NCBI GenBank assembly: GCA_035280545.1
Contig: DATEFR010000066.1
Location: 1-45,491 of the forward strand
Origin: Burkholderiaceae bacterium
GTDB taxonomy: Bacteria; Pseudomonadota; Gammaproteobacteria; Burkholderiales; Burkholderiaceae_C
Direction of reading: 5' to 3'
DNA length: 45,491 nucleotides
The translations under genes and the position numbers were made by a program. This document shows positions 31,987 through 40,725 of the stretch, piece after piece; the stretch's first letter is position 1; every line of letters begins with the position of its first letter. The notes beneath the pieces were generated by a model. The model did not search any database and was not told the origin of the DNA. It worked only from the letters and a program-made list of their open reading frames with translations.

Positions 31987-34287
31987 CTACTTGCGCCGCA
32001 CGCTGCGCACCCCGCCGATCTGCCCGACCAGCCCCAGCACGTGCGCCAGACGTGCCGCATCCGCGACCTCGATCGTGAAGGTCATCCACGCGGTGCCGCC
32101 GGCGGCGTCCTTGACGGTCTGCGTCTTCACGCCGCTGACGTTCATCTTCTCCTTCGCGAACAGCTCGGTGATGTCGCGCAGCAGGCCCTGCCGATCGGCC
32201 GCCTCGACCATCACGTCGACCGGGTACAGCGCGAGCCCGTCGCCGCGCTGCGCGCCCCACTCGACCGGGATCACGCGTTCCGGCGAACGTTCGGCCATCT
32301 GGCGGAAGTTGCTGCAGCCGGCACGGTGCACCGCGACGCCCTTGCCGCGCGTGACGTAGCCGCCGATAGCGTCGGGCGGCGCCGGCCGGCAGCAGCGTGC
32401 GAGCGTCGTCATCAGCGACTCGACGCCGACCACCAGCACGCCCCCCTTGGGCGGGCGCGCTTCGCCGATGTCGTCGCTGCGGCGCAGCGCGATCACCTCG
32501 TCGGGCGTCGGGACCGGTTCGGCCGGACGCAGCAGGTTCTCGATGTTGCGCAGCGAGTATTCGTCCTTGCCGATCACCTCGAACAATGCATCGGCCTGGC
32601 GGAAGCCCAGTTGCTGCGCGAGATCGTCGAGCTTCATCGCGGTGCGGCCTTCGCGCTGCAGCAGCTTCTCGACCGCCTCGCGGCCACGCGCGATCGTCTC
32701 CTTCTGCTGCTGCGCGTTGAACCAGGCGCGCACCTTGGCCCTGGAGCGGTGGCTCTTCAGATAGCCGAGCTCGGCGTTGAGCCAGTCCAGCGACGGGCCG
32801 CCCTCCTTCACGGTGCTGATCTCGACCGTCTGCCCGCTCTGCAGGGCGGTGTTCAACGGCACCATCGCGCCGTCGATCTTCGCGCCGCGGCAGCGGTGGC
32901 CGAGGTCGGTATGCACCGCGTAGGCAAAGTCGATCGGCGTCGCGCCGGCCGGGAGCTCGACGATGGCGGCTTGCGGCGTGAAGACGTAGATGCGGTCATC
33001 GACCGGCTCCGCGCCGCCGCCGGGCGGCGCCTGCGCGACGAACTCGCGCTCCCACGCGAGCAGCTGGCGCAGCACCGCCTTGCGCGCGTCGGCGATGCGC
33101 GCGCTGGCACCGGCACCGGCACTGACGCCGGCATACCCTTTTGCGCCGGCATCCTTGTAGGCCCAGTGCGCGGCAACGCCGTGCTCGGCGTGCTCGTGCA
33201 TCGCGCGGGTGCGGATCTGCACCTCGACCGTCCGCCCGTCGGCATCGAGCACGACCGTGTGCAGCGACTGGTAGCCGTTCGGCTTGGGCCGCTCGATGTA
33301 GTCGTCGAACTCGCCGGCCACCGGGCGCAGGCGTTCGTGCACGCGGCCCAGCACCGCGTAGCAGCTCGCCACGTCGGGCACGATCACGCGCACCGCGCGC
33401 ACATCCAGCACCTGCTCGAACGCGAGGTGCTTGCCCTGCATCTTCTTCCAGATGCTGTACAGGTGCTTCGGCCGGCCGTGCACCTCGGCGCGCAGGCGAT
33501 GCGCGGCGAGGTCCTCGGCCAGCTCGCGCGCGAACGCCTCGACGCGCTGTTCGCGCTCGACGCGGCGCTCGTCGAGCAACTGCGCGATGCGGCGGTACTG
33601 CTCGGGTTCGAGGAAGCGGAACGCCAGATCCTCGAGCTCCCACTTGATCTGCCAGATGCCGAGCCGGTTCGCGAGCGGCGCGAACACCTGCTGCGACTCG
33701 ACCGCGACCGGCCCCGGGCACGCGATTTTGTTCGCCGCGAAGAAGCGCAGGGTCTGCAGCCGCGACGCGAGCCGCAGCAGCACGACCCGCAGGTCGCGCG
33801 AGAACGCGAGCAGCATCTTGCGCACGCGCTCGGTCTGCTGCGCGCGCTGCTCCTGGGCTTCCTGCTGCGATTGCGTGCGGCCGAACTGCGCCTCGCGCGC
33901 GGCGCGCTGGATCTGCACCAGCTTGCGCGTGTTGACGACCAGGCTCGCGTACGATGGCCCGAACGCCTTGTTGACGACCTCCTCGGGCTTGTTCAGGTAG
34001 TCGCCGGCGTAGACCAGGTACGCGGCCGCACGCAGCGGCGGCGCGGCACCGATGCCTTGCAGGATGGCGGCGACTGCGTCGGCGTGCGCGAGCGCGTCCT
34101 CGCCGGTGTCCAGCATCTGGCCGGCCAGCAACGGCTCGGCGAACGCACGCGCACGCTGCAGCTGCGCGAGCTCGGTGGCGGCGAGGCTCGCGGCGTCCGC
34201 ACTGCCCGCAGCGACTATGTCATGCTCGTCGAGCAGGTCGACGATGGGCGCGGCGCGTTCGCCGACGTCCAGAACTCCGGTCTTCAT
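31987..34287 (-). CDS. relA: GTP pyrophosphokinase (RelA-type RSH with degenerate hydrolase domain), 766 aa
   Basis: The synthetase block reads …RPKHLYSIWKKMQGK…VLDVRAVRVIV…DYIERPKPNGYQSLHT…EVQIRTRAMHEHAEHGVAAHWAYK…. TGS and ACT-like C-terminal domains follow. The HD motif is absent from the N-terminal domain. The ATG at 34287 overlaps the hydrolase stop (ATGA). The 5' extension of the track ORF is rejected. Confidence 0.9.
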   Translation of the reverse strand: MKTGVLDVGERAAPIVDLLDEHDIVAAGSADAASLAATELAQLQRARAFAEPLLAGQMLDTGEDALAHADAVAAILQGIGAAPPLRAAAYLVYAGDYLNKPEEVVNKAFGPSYASLVVNTRKLVQIQRAAREAQFGRTQSQQEAQEQRAQQTERVRKMLLAFSRDLRVVLLRLASRLQTLRFFAANKIACPGPVAVESQQVFAPLANRLGIWQIKWELEDLAFRFLEPEQYRRIAQLLDERRVEREQRVEAFARELAEDLAAHRLRAEVHGRPKHLYSIWKKMQGKHLAFEQVLDVRAVRVIVPDVASCYAVLGRVHERLRPVAGEFDDYIERPKPNGYQSLHTVVLDADGRTVEVQIRTRAMHEHAEHGVAAHWAYKDAGAKGYAGVSAGAGASARIADARKAVLRQLLAWEREFVAQAPPGGGAEPVDDRIYVFTPQAAIVELPAGATPIDFAYAVHTDLGHRCRGAKIDGAMVPLNTALQSGQTVEISTVKEGGPSLDWLNAELGYLKSHRSRAKVRAWFNAQQQKETIARGREAVEKLLQREGRTAMKLDDLAQQLGFRQADALFEVIGKDEYSLRNIENLLRPAEPVPTPDEVIALRRSDDIGEARPPKGGVLVVGVESLMTTLARCCRPAPPDAIGGYVTRGKGVAVHRAGCSNFRQMAERSPERVIPVEWGAQRGDGLALYPVDVMVEAADRQGLLRDITELFAKEKMNVSGVKTQTVKDAAGGTAWMTFTIEVADAARLAHVLGLVGQIGGVRSVRRK

Positions 34288-35162
34288 GGCGACAGCAGGA
34301 ACTCCCGCACGACCGCGAGCTGATCGTCGGCGATCAGGGTCGGCACGTGGCCTATGCCTTCGAACTCGACCAGGCGAGCCTTCGGGCCGCGCTGCGTCAT
34401 CGCCAGCGCCGTGGCGCGCGCGAGCAGGTCCGACTGCGCGCCGCGCAGCAGCAGCGTCGGGCAGCGGATCGCATCGTAGGCCTGCCACAGCGCAGCCTCG
34501 CCGATCGCGGCCGCCTGCGGCGTGATCGCGGCGAACGGCATCGCGATCGCCGGGTCGTAGTGCAGCTTGAATCCGCCCTCGCCGTCGGGCTTGAGCATCG
34601 GGCGCGTCAACTCGAGCCACTGCTCGCGCGTGTGCGGGCCGAAGCCTTGCGAGATGCTCCACAGATAGTCGGCCGCTTCGTCCAGCGTCTTCCAGCGCAG
34701 CGGCTGGCCGAGGTAGGTGCCAATGCGCAAGAGGCCCTCGACGCTGATCGCGGGGCCGACGTCGTTGAGCACCAGTTTCTCGATCGGCGTCTTGGGCAAC
34801 GAGGCGAGGCTCAGTCCGATCAGCCCGCCCATCGACGTGCCGATCCAATGCACGCTCGCCGCATTCAGGCGGGCGAGCAGCGTGACCATGTCGGCCAGGT
34901 AGGCAGGGATCTGGTAGCCGGTGGGATCGGCGAGCGCATCGGACCGGCCGCGGCCCACGACATCGGGGCAGACGACCCGGTAGTGCCCGCGCAGCGACCG
35001 CGCCAGCACGTCGAAGTCGCGGCCCTGGCGCGCGAGGCCATGCACACAGACCAGCACACGATCGTTCGCCGGGTCGCCCCACTCCCAGTACGCCATGCGG
35101 TGCAGCCCGCGTGTGCCCAGGCATTGCACATGGTTCAGGCGCGGCTCGTCGGCGGTGGTCAT
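34284..35162 (-). CDS. Alpha/beta-fold hydrolase, 292 aa
   Basis: It has an HGL oxyanion motif (VCVHGLARQGRDF), a nucleophile elbow GTSMGG and a C-terminal GIGHVP His. It is translationally coupled to relA. Confidence 0.85.
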   Translation of the reverse strand: MTTADEPRLNHVQCLGTRGLHRMAYWEWGDPANDRVLVCVHGLARQGRDFDVLARSLRGHYRVVCPDVVGRGRSDALADPTGYQIPAYLADMVTLLARLNAASVHWIGTSMGGLIGLSLASLPKTPIEKLVLNDVGPAISVEGLLRIGTYLGQPLRWKTLDEAADYLWSISQGFGPHTREQWLELTRPMLKPDGEGGFKLHYDPAIAMPFAAITPQAAAIGEAALWQAYDAIRCPTLLLRGAQSDLLARATALAMTQRGPKARLVEFEGIGHVPTLIADDQLAVVREFLLSP

Positions 35163-35244
35163 GGTGGTCGATGTCGGCGTGGTGAACGACCATCGTAAGC
35201 CACGATGCCGGAAGCGGCAGGGCCGAGGTCAATGCCCAGACATC

Positions 35245-35309
35245 CCGTTCGGGCTGAGGTATCGAAGCCCTGGTGCCCCTCGCGCCCTTCGATACCTCAG
35301 GGCGAACGG
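35245..35309. repeat. REP-like extragenic palindrome (23-nt arms, 19-nt loop), probably also a terminator for the SIMPL gene
   Basis: The arms are CCGTTCGGGCTGAGGTATCGAAG (35245-35267) and CTTCGATACCTCAGGGCGAACGG (35287-35309), giving 21 of 23 positions paired. A shadow ORF translates it as ...LRYLRANG, the hallmark of a class of proteobacterial extragenic palindromes. Confidence 0.6.
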
Positions 35310-35338
35310 TGATTGATCGAGGGGCGCCGCCGATACCG

Positions 35339-36052
35339 CTACTTCGTCATCTGCACCGTTCCCGACACCGTCACCATCACATTGCCCTTGCCCGGCTCGA
35401 CCGGCAGCGCGGCATCAGCCGATGCCGACATCGCGTTCATCGACATCCGGGCCATCGGCCGCACGGGCGGCACATCGTTGCTTTGTACGTTGACCTCGCG
35501 CAACGTGTACCCGGTGTAGCCGAACTGCTTCGCGTAGTCCGCCGCCTTCGCGCGGTAGCGTGCGATCGCCTGCGCGGCGACCTCGCCTTCGGTCTTCTCG
35601 CGCAGCTCGCGCGAGATGTTGTAGGCGACGCCGCCTATCGTCAGCGTCGTGATGCGGCCGGTGAGCTGGCCGATCGCGGCCATGTCGCGGCCTTCGACGA
35701 TCAGCTCGGCGCTGCCCTGCCAGCCGCTGGTCACGCCCTTGTTCGTGTAGCGCGGCTGGAGCTGGAAGTTGCCGGTCTGCACGTCGAGCTGGCCCGGCCG
35801 CACGCTCTTCTTCGCTTCGGCGAGCGCGGCGTCCAGCGCCTGCTTGAGCTGCGCCTGCACCACGGCCGCGTCGGACCCCTCCTTGGTGGTCGACAGCGTG
35901 ATCGTCAGCAGGTCCTTCGTGACCTCGGTGGTCGCGCTGGTGGTCAGGTGGACCACCCCCTGGGGCGGCGGCGGCGCATCGGCCAGCGCCGAGCTGCCGG
36001 CGGCGATCAGGGCGCAGGCCACCACGAGGATTCGAGTTGTTGCTGGCGACAT
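35339..36052 (-). CDS. SIMPL-domain (DUF541, YggE-like) periplasmic protein, 237 aa
   Basis: The signal peptide is MSPATTRILVVACALIAAGSSALA. The body shows the SIMPL pattern (…VQTGNFQLQPRY…GWQGSAELIVE…, C-terminal PVEPGKGNVMVTVSGTVQM). I prefer the ATG at 36052 (AAGGA 10 nt upstream) over the track start at 36061 (AAGGA 1 nt upstream). Confidence 0.8.
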   Translation of the reverse strand: MSPATTRILVVACALIAAGSSALADAPPPPQGVVHLTTSATTEVTKDLLTITLSTTKEGSDAAVVQAQLKQALDAALAEAKKSVRPGQLDVQTGNFQLQPRYTNKGVTSGWQGSAELIVEGRDMAAIGQLTGRITTLTIGGVAYNISRELREKTEGEVAAQAIARYRAKAADYAKQFGYTGYTLREVNVQSNDVPPVRPMARMSMNAMSASADAALPVEPGKGNVMVTVSGTVQMTK

Positions 36053-36254
36053 CGAGAGCATTCCTTTCCGGGCGAAATCAGCGCGGTCGGCGGACCGACG
36101 GGCCGCTGCGATCCACGCCCGGGCTTATACGCCGCGCCCTCTTTTCCGGGGTGAAACGCCCCATACGAGAGAGTTGTAACAGGTGGTCAGGGGTGCCCAA
36201 AACGCCCTCCAAACCTGCGCAAAATCGGCTCGGTTACATATTTGGAGTCTGCCC

Positions 36255-36992
36255 ATGAGTGCCGTACCCGCCAACCAGCGACCCGATCGGGTCGTCGTCG
36301 TCGACGATGACGCGCGCATCCGCGACCTGCTGCGCCGCTACCTGACGCAGGAAGGTTTCGAAGTCCTGCTGGCCGAAGACGCGAAGGCGCTGAACCGCCT
36401 GCTGACCCGCGAGACCGTGCACCTGATCGTGCTGGACCTGATGCTGCCCGGCGAGGACGGCCTGTCGATCTGCCGCCGCCTGCGCGCCGCGAACGACCTG
36501 ACGCCCATCATCATGCTGACCGCGAAGGTCGAGGACGTGGACCGCATCGTCGGCTTGGAGGTCGGCGCCGACGACTACCTGCCCAAGCCCTTCAACCCGC
36601 GCGAGCTGCTCGCCCGCATCCACGCGGTGCTGCGGCGCCGGCCGACGCTGGAGGCGCCGGGCGCCCCGGCGCTGGACGCGCAGACCGTGACCTTCGGCCC
36701 GTTCGAGTTCGACCTTGCGCTGCGCCGCCTCTCGAAGGAAGGCGAACAGATCGCGCTGACCACCGGCGAGTTCTCGATGCTGAAGGCGCTGGTGCGGCAC
36801 CCGCGCCAGCCGCTGTCGCGCGACAAGCTCGCCCAGCTCGCGCGCGGGCGCGACTTCGAGCCGTTCGACCGCAGCCTGGACGTGCAGATCTCGCGCCTGC
36901 GCAAGATGATCGAGCCCGATCCGGCGCAGCCGCGCTACATCCAGACGGTCTGGGGCGTGGGCTACGTGTTCGTGCCGGACGGCGCCAGTTGA
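36255..36992 (+). CDS. ompR: OmpR-family response regulator (receiver plus winged-helix), 245 aa
   Basis: The sequence VVVVDDDARIRDLLRRYLTQEGF...LDLMLPGEDGL...MLTAK...DDYLPKPFNPRELLARI...YIQTVWGVGYVF is a close OmpR look-alike. The ATG at 36255 has GGAG 7 nt upstream. Confidence 0.9.
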   Translation: MSAVPANQRPDRVVVVDDDARIRDLLRRYLTQEGFEVLLAEDAKALNRLLTRETVHLIVLDLMLPGEDGLSICRRLRAANDLTPIIMLTAKVEDVDRIVGLEVGADDYLPKPFNPRELLARIHAVLRRRPTLEAPGAPALDAQTVTFGPFEFDLALRRLSKEGEQIALTTGEFSMLKALVRHPRQPLSRDKLAQLARGRDFEPFDRSLDVQISRLRKMIEPDPAQPRYIQTVWGVGYVFVPDGAS

Positions 36993-37084
36993 CAGCCCCT
37001 CGGTCGACGAGTACGTCGACCGATCCCCCAAGGGGATGCGGGCCGGCTTGGGAGCGGCCCGGCGCTCGTCCCGCCACACTCGTG

Positions 37085-37111
37085 ACGGCTCCTCCCATGG
37101 AGCCGTTTTTT
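37085..37111 (+). terminator. Canonical intrinsic terminator structure located between ompR and envZ
   Basis: ACGGCTCC-TCCCAT-GGAGCCGT is followed by TTTTT (37107-37111), an 8-bp perfect stem. It sits 92 nt after the ompR stop and 42 nt before the envZ ATG. Confidence 0.6.
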
Positions 37112-37152
37112 GCGTCTGCTAGATTCGCGGGCTCACGACCGCCCCGCATTCG

Positions 37153-38481
37153 ATGGCCCGCAACCCGCTCGCGCTGAGCCTGTTCTGGCGAACCTTCTTC
37201 CTGTTGGCGCTGCTGCTCGCCAGCGGCGTGTTCGCCTGGGTGCAGACCTTGCGTGCGCTCGAGTTCGAGCCGCGCGCGGTCCAAGCCGCGCAGCAGACCG
37301 CCGGGCTGGTGAACCTCACCCGGGCCGCGCTGAACTCGACCGACGGCATCAACCGGGTCGCGCTGATCAAGGGCCTGTCGAACCAGCAGACGCTGCGGCT
37401 CGCGCCGCGCGAGCCCAAGGACAAGTGGGAGCCGTACGAGACCGATCGCATCTCGCGTGCGATCGGCCAGGAGCTGCGCAACCAGCTCGGGCCCGACACG
37501 CTGGTCGCGAGCTCGGTCAACGGTGCCCCGGGCCTGTGGGTCGGCTTCTCGATCGACAAGGATCCGTACTGGCTGCAGACCGAGCTCAGCCGGATCGGCC
37601 CGATGTCGTGGAACACGCTGACGCTGTGGGTCTCGATCGCGCTGCTCGCAACCGTGCTCGGCTCGGCCGCGATCGCGCGGCTGATCAACCAGCCGCTGAA
37701 GGAGCTGTCGTTCGCCGCGAGCCGCATCCGCGAAGGCGAATTCGACTCGCGGCTGGACGAGAACACGATGACCAGCGAGGTGCGCCAGGTCAACATCGGC
37801 TTCAACCGGATGGCACGCGAGCTCGCGAAGGTCGAGCAGGACCGCGCGGTGATGCTCGCCGGCATCTCGCACGACCTGCGCACGCCGCTCGCCCGGCTGC
37901 GCCTCGAAGCCGAGATGAGCGTGCAGGACGAGGAAGCCAAGCAGAACATGGCGCAGGACATCGACCAGCTCGACGCCATCATCGACAAGTTCATGGACTA
38001 CGCACGCCCCGGCGACAACAAGCTCGTGCCGGTGCACCTGTCCAGCGTGGTCGATCGCGAGATGGCCGCGTTCCGCGACACCAGCCAGATCCGCATCAGC
38101 TCGCGGGTGGCGATCGATACCAAGGTGATCGCCGACGAGACCGAACTCGGCCGCGTGTTGCAGAACCTGTTCGAGAACGCGCGCCGCTACGGCCGCAGCA
38201 CCGACACGGGCATCGCCCGCGTCGAGGTGACCTACGCACGCACCGGGCCGTGGGTCATCCTGACCGTGCGCGACCACGGCGCCGGCACCGACCCGAAGAA
38301 GCTCGCGCAGCTGACGACCCCGTTCTTCCGCGGCGACGCGGCGCGCACCGCGGCCACCGGTGCCGGCCTGGGGCTGGCGATCGTCGACAAGGCGATCCAG
38401 CGCATGAGCGGCAGCTTCGAGCTCGCGAACGCGCCGGACGGCGGATTGATGGCGCACATCCGGCTCAAGAAGGCCCCGTAG
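37153..38481 (+). CDS. envZ: Osmolarity-type sensor histidine kinase (EnvZ-like), 442 aa
   Basis: It has two TM segments, a HAMP domain, the H-box MLAGISHDLRTPL, the N-box LQNLFENARRYG, and G-boxes DHGAG and GAGLGLAIV. Confidence 0.9.
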   Translation: MARNPLALSLFWRTFFLLALLLASGVFAWVQTLRALEFEPRAVQAAQQTAGLVNLTRAALNSTDGINRVALIKGLSNQQTLRLAPREPKDKWEPYETDRISRAIGQELRNQLGPDTLVASSVNGAPGLWVGFSIDKDPYWLQTELSRIGPMSWNTLTLWVSIALLATVLGSAAIARLINQPLKELSFAASRIREGEFDSRLDENTMTSEVRQVNIGFNRMARELAKVEQDRAVMLAGISHDLRTPLARLRLEAEMSVQDEEAKQNMAQDIDQLDAIIDKFMDYARPGDNKLVPVHLSSVVDREMAAFRDTSQIRISSRVAIDTKVIADETELGRVLQNLFENARRYGRSTDTGIARVEVTYARTGPWVILTVRDHGAGTDPKKLAQLTTPFFRGDAARTAATGAGLGLAIVDKAIQRMSGSFELANAPDGGLMAHIRLKKAP

Positions 38482-38518
38482 GATTCACCGCAACCCACGA
38501 CAACGAACACGAACGACC

Positions 38519-38965
38519 ATGTGGAAAGACGCCCTGCTCGCCTACCTGCACTTCTTCGCGATCTTCGGGACGTTCTCGGCCCTCTCGGCCCAGCTGGTGA
38601 TGTGCCGCCCCGGCATTCGCGGCGATGCGCTGCACCGCTTGCGCCGGATCGACGCGGTCTACGGCGGGCTGGCGGCGCTGCTGCTGGTCAGCGGGCTGCT
38701 GCGCCTGTTCCTCGGTGCGAAGGGCAGCGCGTTCTATCTGAGCAACCCGGTGTTCCACACCAAGGTCGCGCTGTTCGTGGCAGTCGGGCTGCTGTCGATC
38801 GCGCCGACGCTACGCTTCGCGCGCTGGTCCAAGGCCGCGCTGCGCACGCCCGACGCGGCCCCCGACGCCGCCGCGGTCGGCGCGGTGCGTCGGATGATCC
38901 ACATCGAGCTGACGCTGCTGGCCGCGATCCCGCTGCTCGCCGCGCTGATGGCGCGCGGGATCTGA
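38519..38965 (+). CDS. Small integral membrane protein (DUF2214-like, about four TM helices), 148 aa
   Basis: Four hydrophobic helices are visible. The family name is recalled from composition and length only. Confidence 0.6.
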   Translation: MWKDALLAYLHFFAIFGTFSALSAQLVMCRPGIRGDALHRLRRIDAVYGGLAALLLVSGLLRLFLGAKGSAFYLSNPVFHTKVALFVAVGLLSIAPTLRFARWSKAALRTPDAAPDAAAVGAVRRMIHIELTLLAAIPLLAALMARGI

Positions 38966-38981
38966 CACCCGCTCGCCCGCG

Positions 38982-40550
38982 TCAGGGCGAGATCGTGTAG
39001 GGCGACGGCACCGGCGTCACCTTGCCGATGCCGGCGCTGGCGGTCACCTTGCCGCGCAGCGTCGCGACGTCGGTGTCGGCCGTGTAGCTGTAGTTCGCCG
39101 CGGGGCTCCAGGTCACGCCGCCGATGAACGGCGTCGAGCCGCTGCCGTTCTGCGCGTTGATCAGCGACTTGGCGACCGCGTTCAGGTCCACCGACGTGCC
39201 GTTCAGCCACGAGCCGACATCGGTGAAGTACTGGGCCCACTTGTCGAAGTTCGCGCTGATCAGATCGGTCGCGGCCGCGCCGGTGATGTCGAATGCGTTG
39301 CCTTCGGAATAGACCTGCGAGTTGTAGCCCAGCCCGATGCCGTAGCCGAAGTAGTACTGCTGCGTGTAGCTGGTCTGCTTCGGTCCGGTGTACAGGTTGT
39401 TCAGCACATGCACCTGGCCGTTGCGCACGCGCGGCATGCGCTGGTTCACCCACTTGATCTCGTTGTGGTGGAACGTGATGCGGTAGCTGCCGTCGTTGCT
39501 GTCGGTCGCGCCGATCAGCATCGCCTTGTGGTGGTTGTAGAAGCGCGAGTACGAGACCGTCACGTAGTCGGAGCCGGTCTTGATGTCGAGCAGGCCGTCG
39601 TAGTACTTGTAGCGCGACTTGTCGGTCTGCGCGCCTTGCAGGTCGGGGCCGTCGGTGAACTCGCAGTGGTCGACCCAGACGCGCGTGCTGCCGACCAGCG
39701 TCATGCCGTCGGGCTCGGCATTCCAGGCGCAGTAGTCCCTGTCGGTGATGCCCGAATCGCACGATTCGAACGACGGCCAGAAATCGGTGGCCGGCACGAA
39801 GCGCAGGTTGCGCACGATGACGTTGCTCTGGCCGCTGACCATCAGCCAGCCCGAGTCGAACTCGGGCAGCGTGCCGTCGTCGGCCGGAATGCCGACGACG
39901 GAGACGTTGCCGCGCTCGACTTTGACCTGCGTCACCGCCTGCTGGCACGGCTGGTCGGTCTTGCCGTTGCACAGCGGGTCGGTGCCGGCCTCGTAGTCGG
40001 CCTGGCCCAGCGTGACGCCGCTGTCGTTGACGTTCGCGTCGATGCGGCCCTTCACGAAGATGACGACCGGGTAGTTCTTCCAGCCGCCGGTCACGCCGTT
40101 GTGCACTTCCCAGGTCGACCAGTTGGGTGCGCCGGCGCGCGTGTCGTCGTTGGCCGAGCCGGTCTTCTTCGAACGGTAGAGGCAGTCGCGCAGCAGCCGC
40201 ATGCTGGTGGCGGTGCAGGTCACCGGCGCGTTGCCGGCGATCGTCGCGAAGCCGCCGGTCGGCTTGCCGGCACCGGAGGCGGTGGCCCAGCCGATCAAGC
40301 CGTCGTCGGCCGCGCTGCTGCTCGTGCCGGTGCCGCTGCTGGTCGTCGTGGTGGTCGTCCCGCTGCTGCTGCTCGTCGTCGTCGTGCCGGCACCGCTGCT
40401 CGTGTCGGCGGCAGCGCCGGCGGTCGTGCCGCTCGAGGTGTCCGCGCTGTTGCTGCCCTTCCCGCCCCCGCATGCCACCAGCAGCCCTGCCGACAGCGCA
40501 ACCGTGGCCGCCAGCCAGGCTGCGCCCCCACGACGCCTGGGTTGAATCAT
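38982..40550 (-). CDS. Pectate-lyase-fold (PL1, Pec_lyase_C-like) lipoprotein with a Ser/Thr-rich linker, 522 aa
   Basis: The start is MIQPRRRGGAAWLAATVALSAGLLVAC (lipobox LVAC). A low-complexity linker follows (...TSSGAGTTTTSSSSGTTTTTTSSGTGTSSS...). The catalytic-domain blocks are DGMTLVGSTRVWVDHCEF, DGLLDIKTGSDYVTVSYSRF, HHKAMLIGATD and RMPRVRNGQVHVLNN. Confidence 0.75.
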   Translation of the reverse strand: MIQPRRRGGAAWLAATVALSAGLLVACGGGKGSNSADTSSGTTAGAAADTSSGAGTTTTSSSSGTTTTTTSSGTGTSSSAADDGLIGWATASGAGKPTGGFATIAGNAPVTCTATSMRLLRDCLYRSKKTGSANDDTRAGAPNWSTWEVHNGVTGGWKNYPVVIFVKGRIDANVNDSGVTLGQADYEAGTDPLCNGKTDQPCQQAVTQVKVERGNVSVVGIPADDGTLPEFDSGWLMVSGQSNVIVRNLRFVPATDFWPSFESCDSGITDRDYCAWNAEPDGMTLVGSTRVWVDHCEFTDGPDLQGAQTDKSRYKYYDGLLDIKTGSDYVTVSYSRFYNHHKAMLIGATDSNDGSYRITFHHNEIKWVNQRMPRVRNGQVHVLNNLYTGPKQTSYTQQYYFGYGIGLGYNSQVYSEGNAFDITGAAATDLISANFDKWAQYFTDVGSWLNGTSVDLNAVAKSLINAQNGSGSTPFIGGVTWSPAANYSYTADTDVATLRGKVTASAGIGKVTPVPSPYTISP

Positions 40551-40725
40551 TTGTTCCACTCCGTTCTATTTGTTGCGTGAGAAAAAACTCACGGCCACGC
40601 GCGAGCACGCCGCGTGCCTGAGCACCCGCAGCGCCATGTCCCCTTCCCCTTCAGGTGCGCGCCGACCACATTGGTCGTACGTTGACAAAACTGGGCCGTC
40701 GGCCTCCCCTGACGTCACGCGGATG

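Noticed and set aside
34288-35232. The 5' extension making relA a 1081-aa ORF (31987..35232)
   Set aside because: The extension runs through the alpha/beta hydrolase gene in a different frame and is Arg/Pro/Ala-rich. RSH homology begins at the ATG 34287, which overlaps the hydrolase stop.
36174-36243. OmpR-box-like GTTACATATTT (36233-36243) and inverted TGTAACA (36175-36181) upstream of ompR
   Set aside because: The match rests on a 6-7-nt core that I recall from E. coli porin promoters. The proximal copy sits 12 nt from the ATG, overlapping the RBS region. That is too short and too poorly positioned to call without comparative or binding data.
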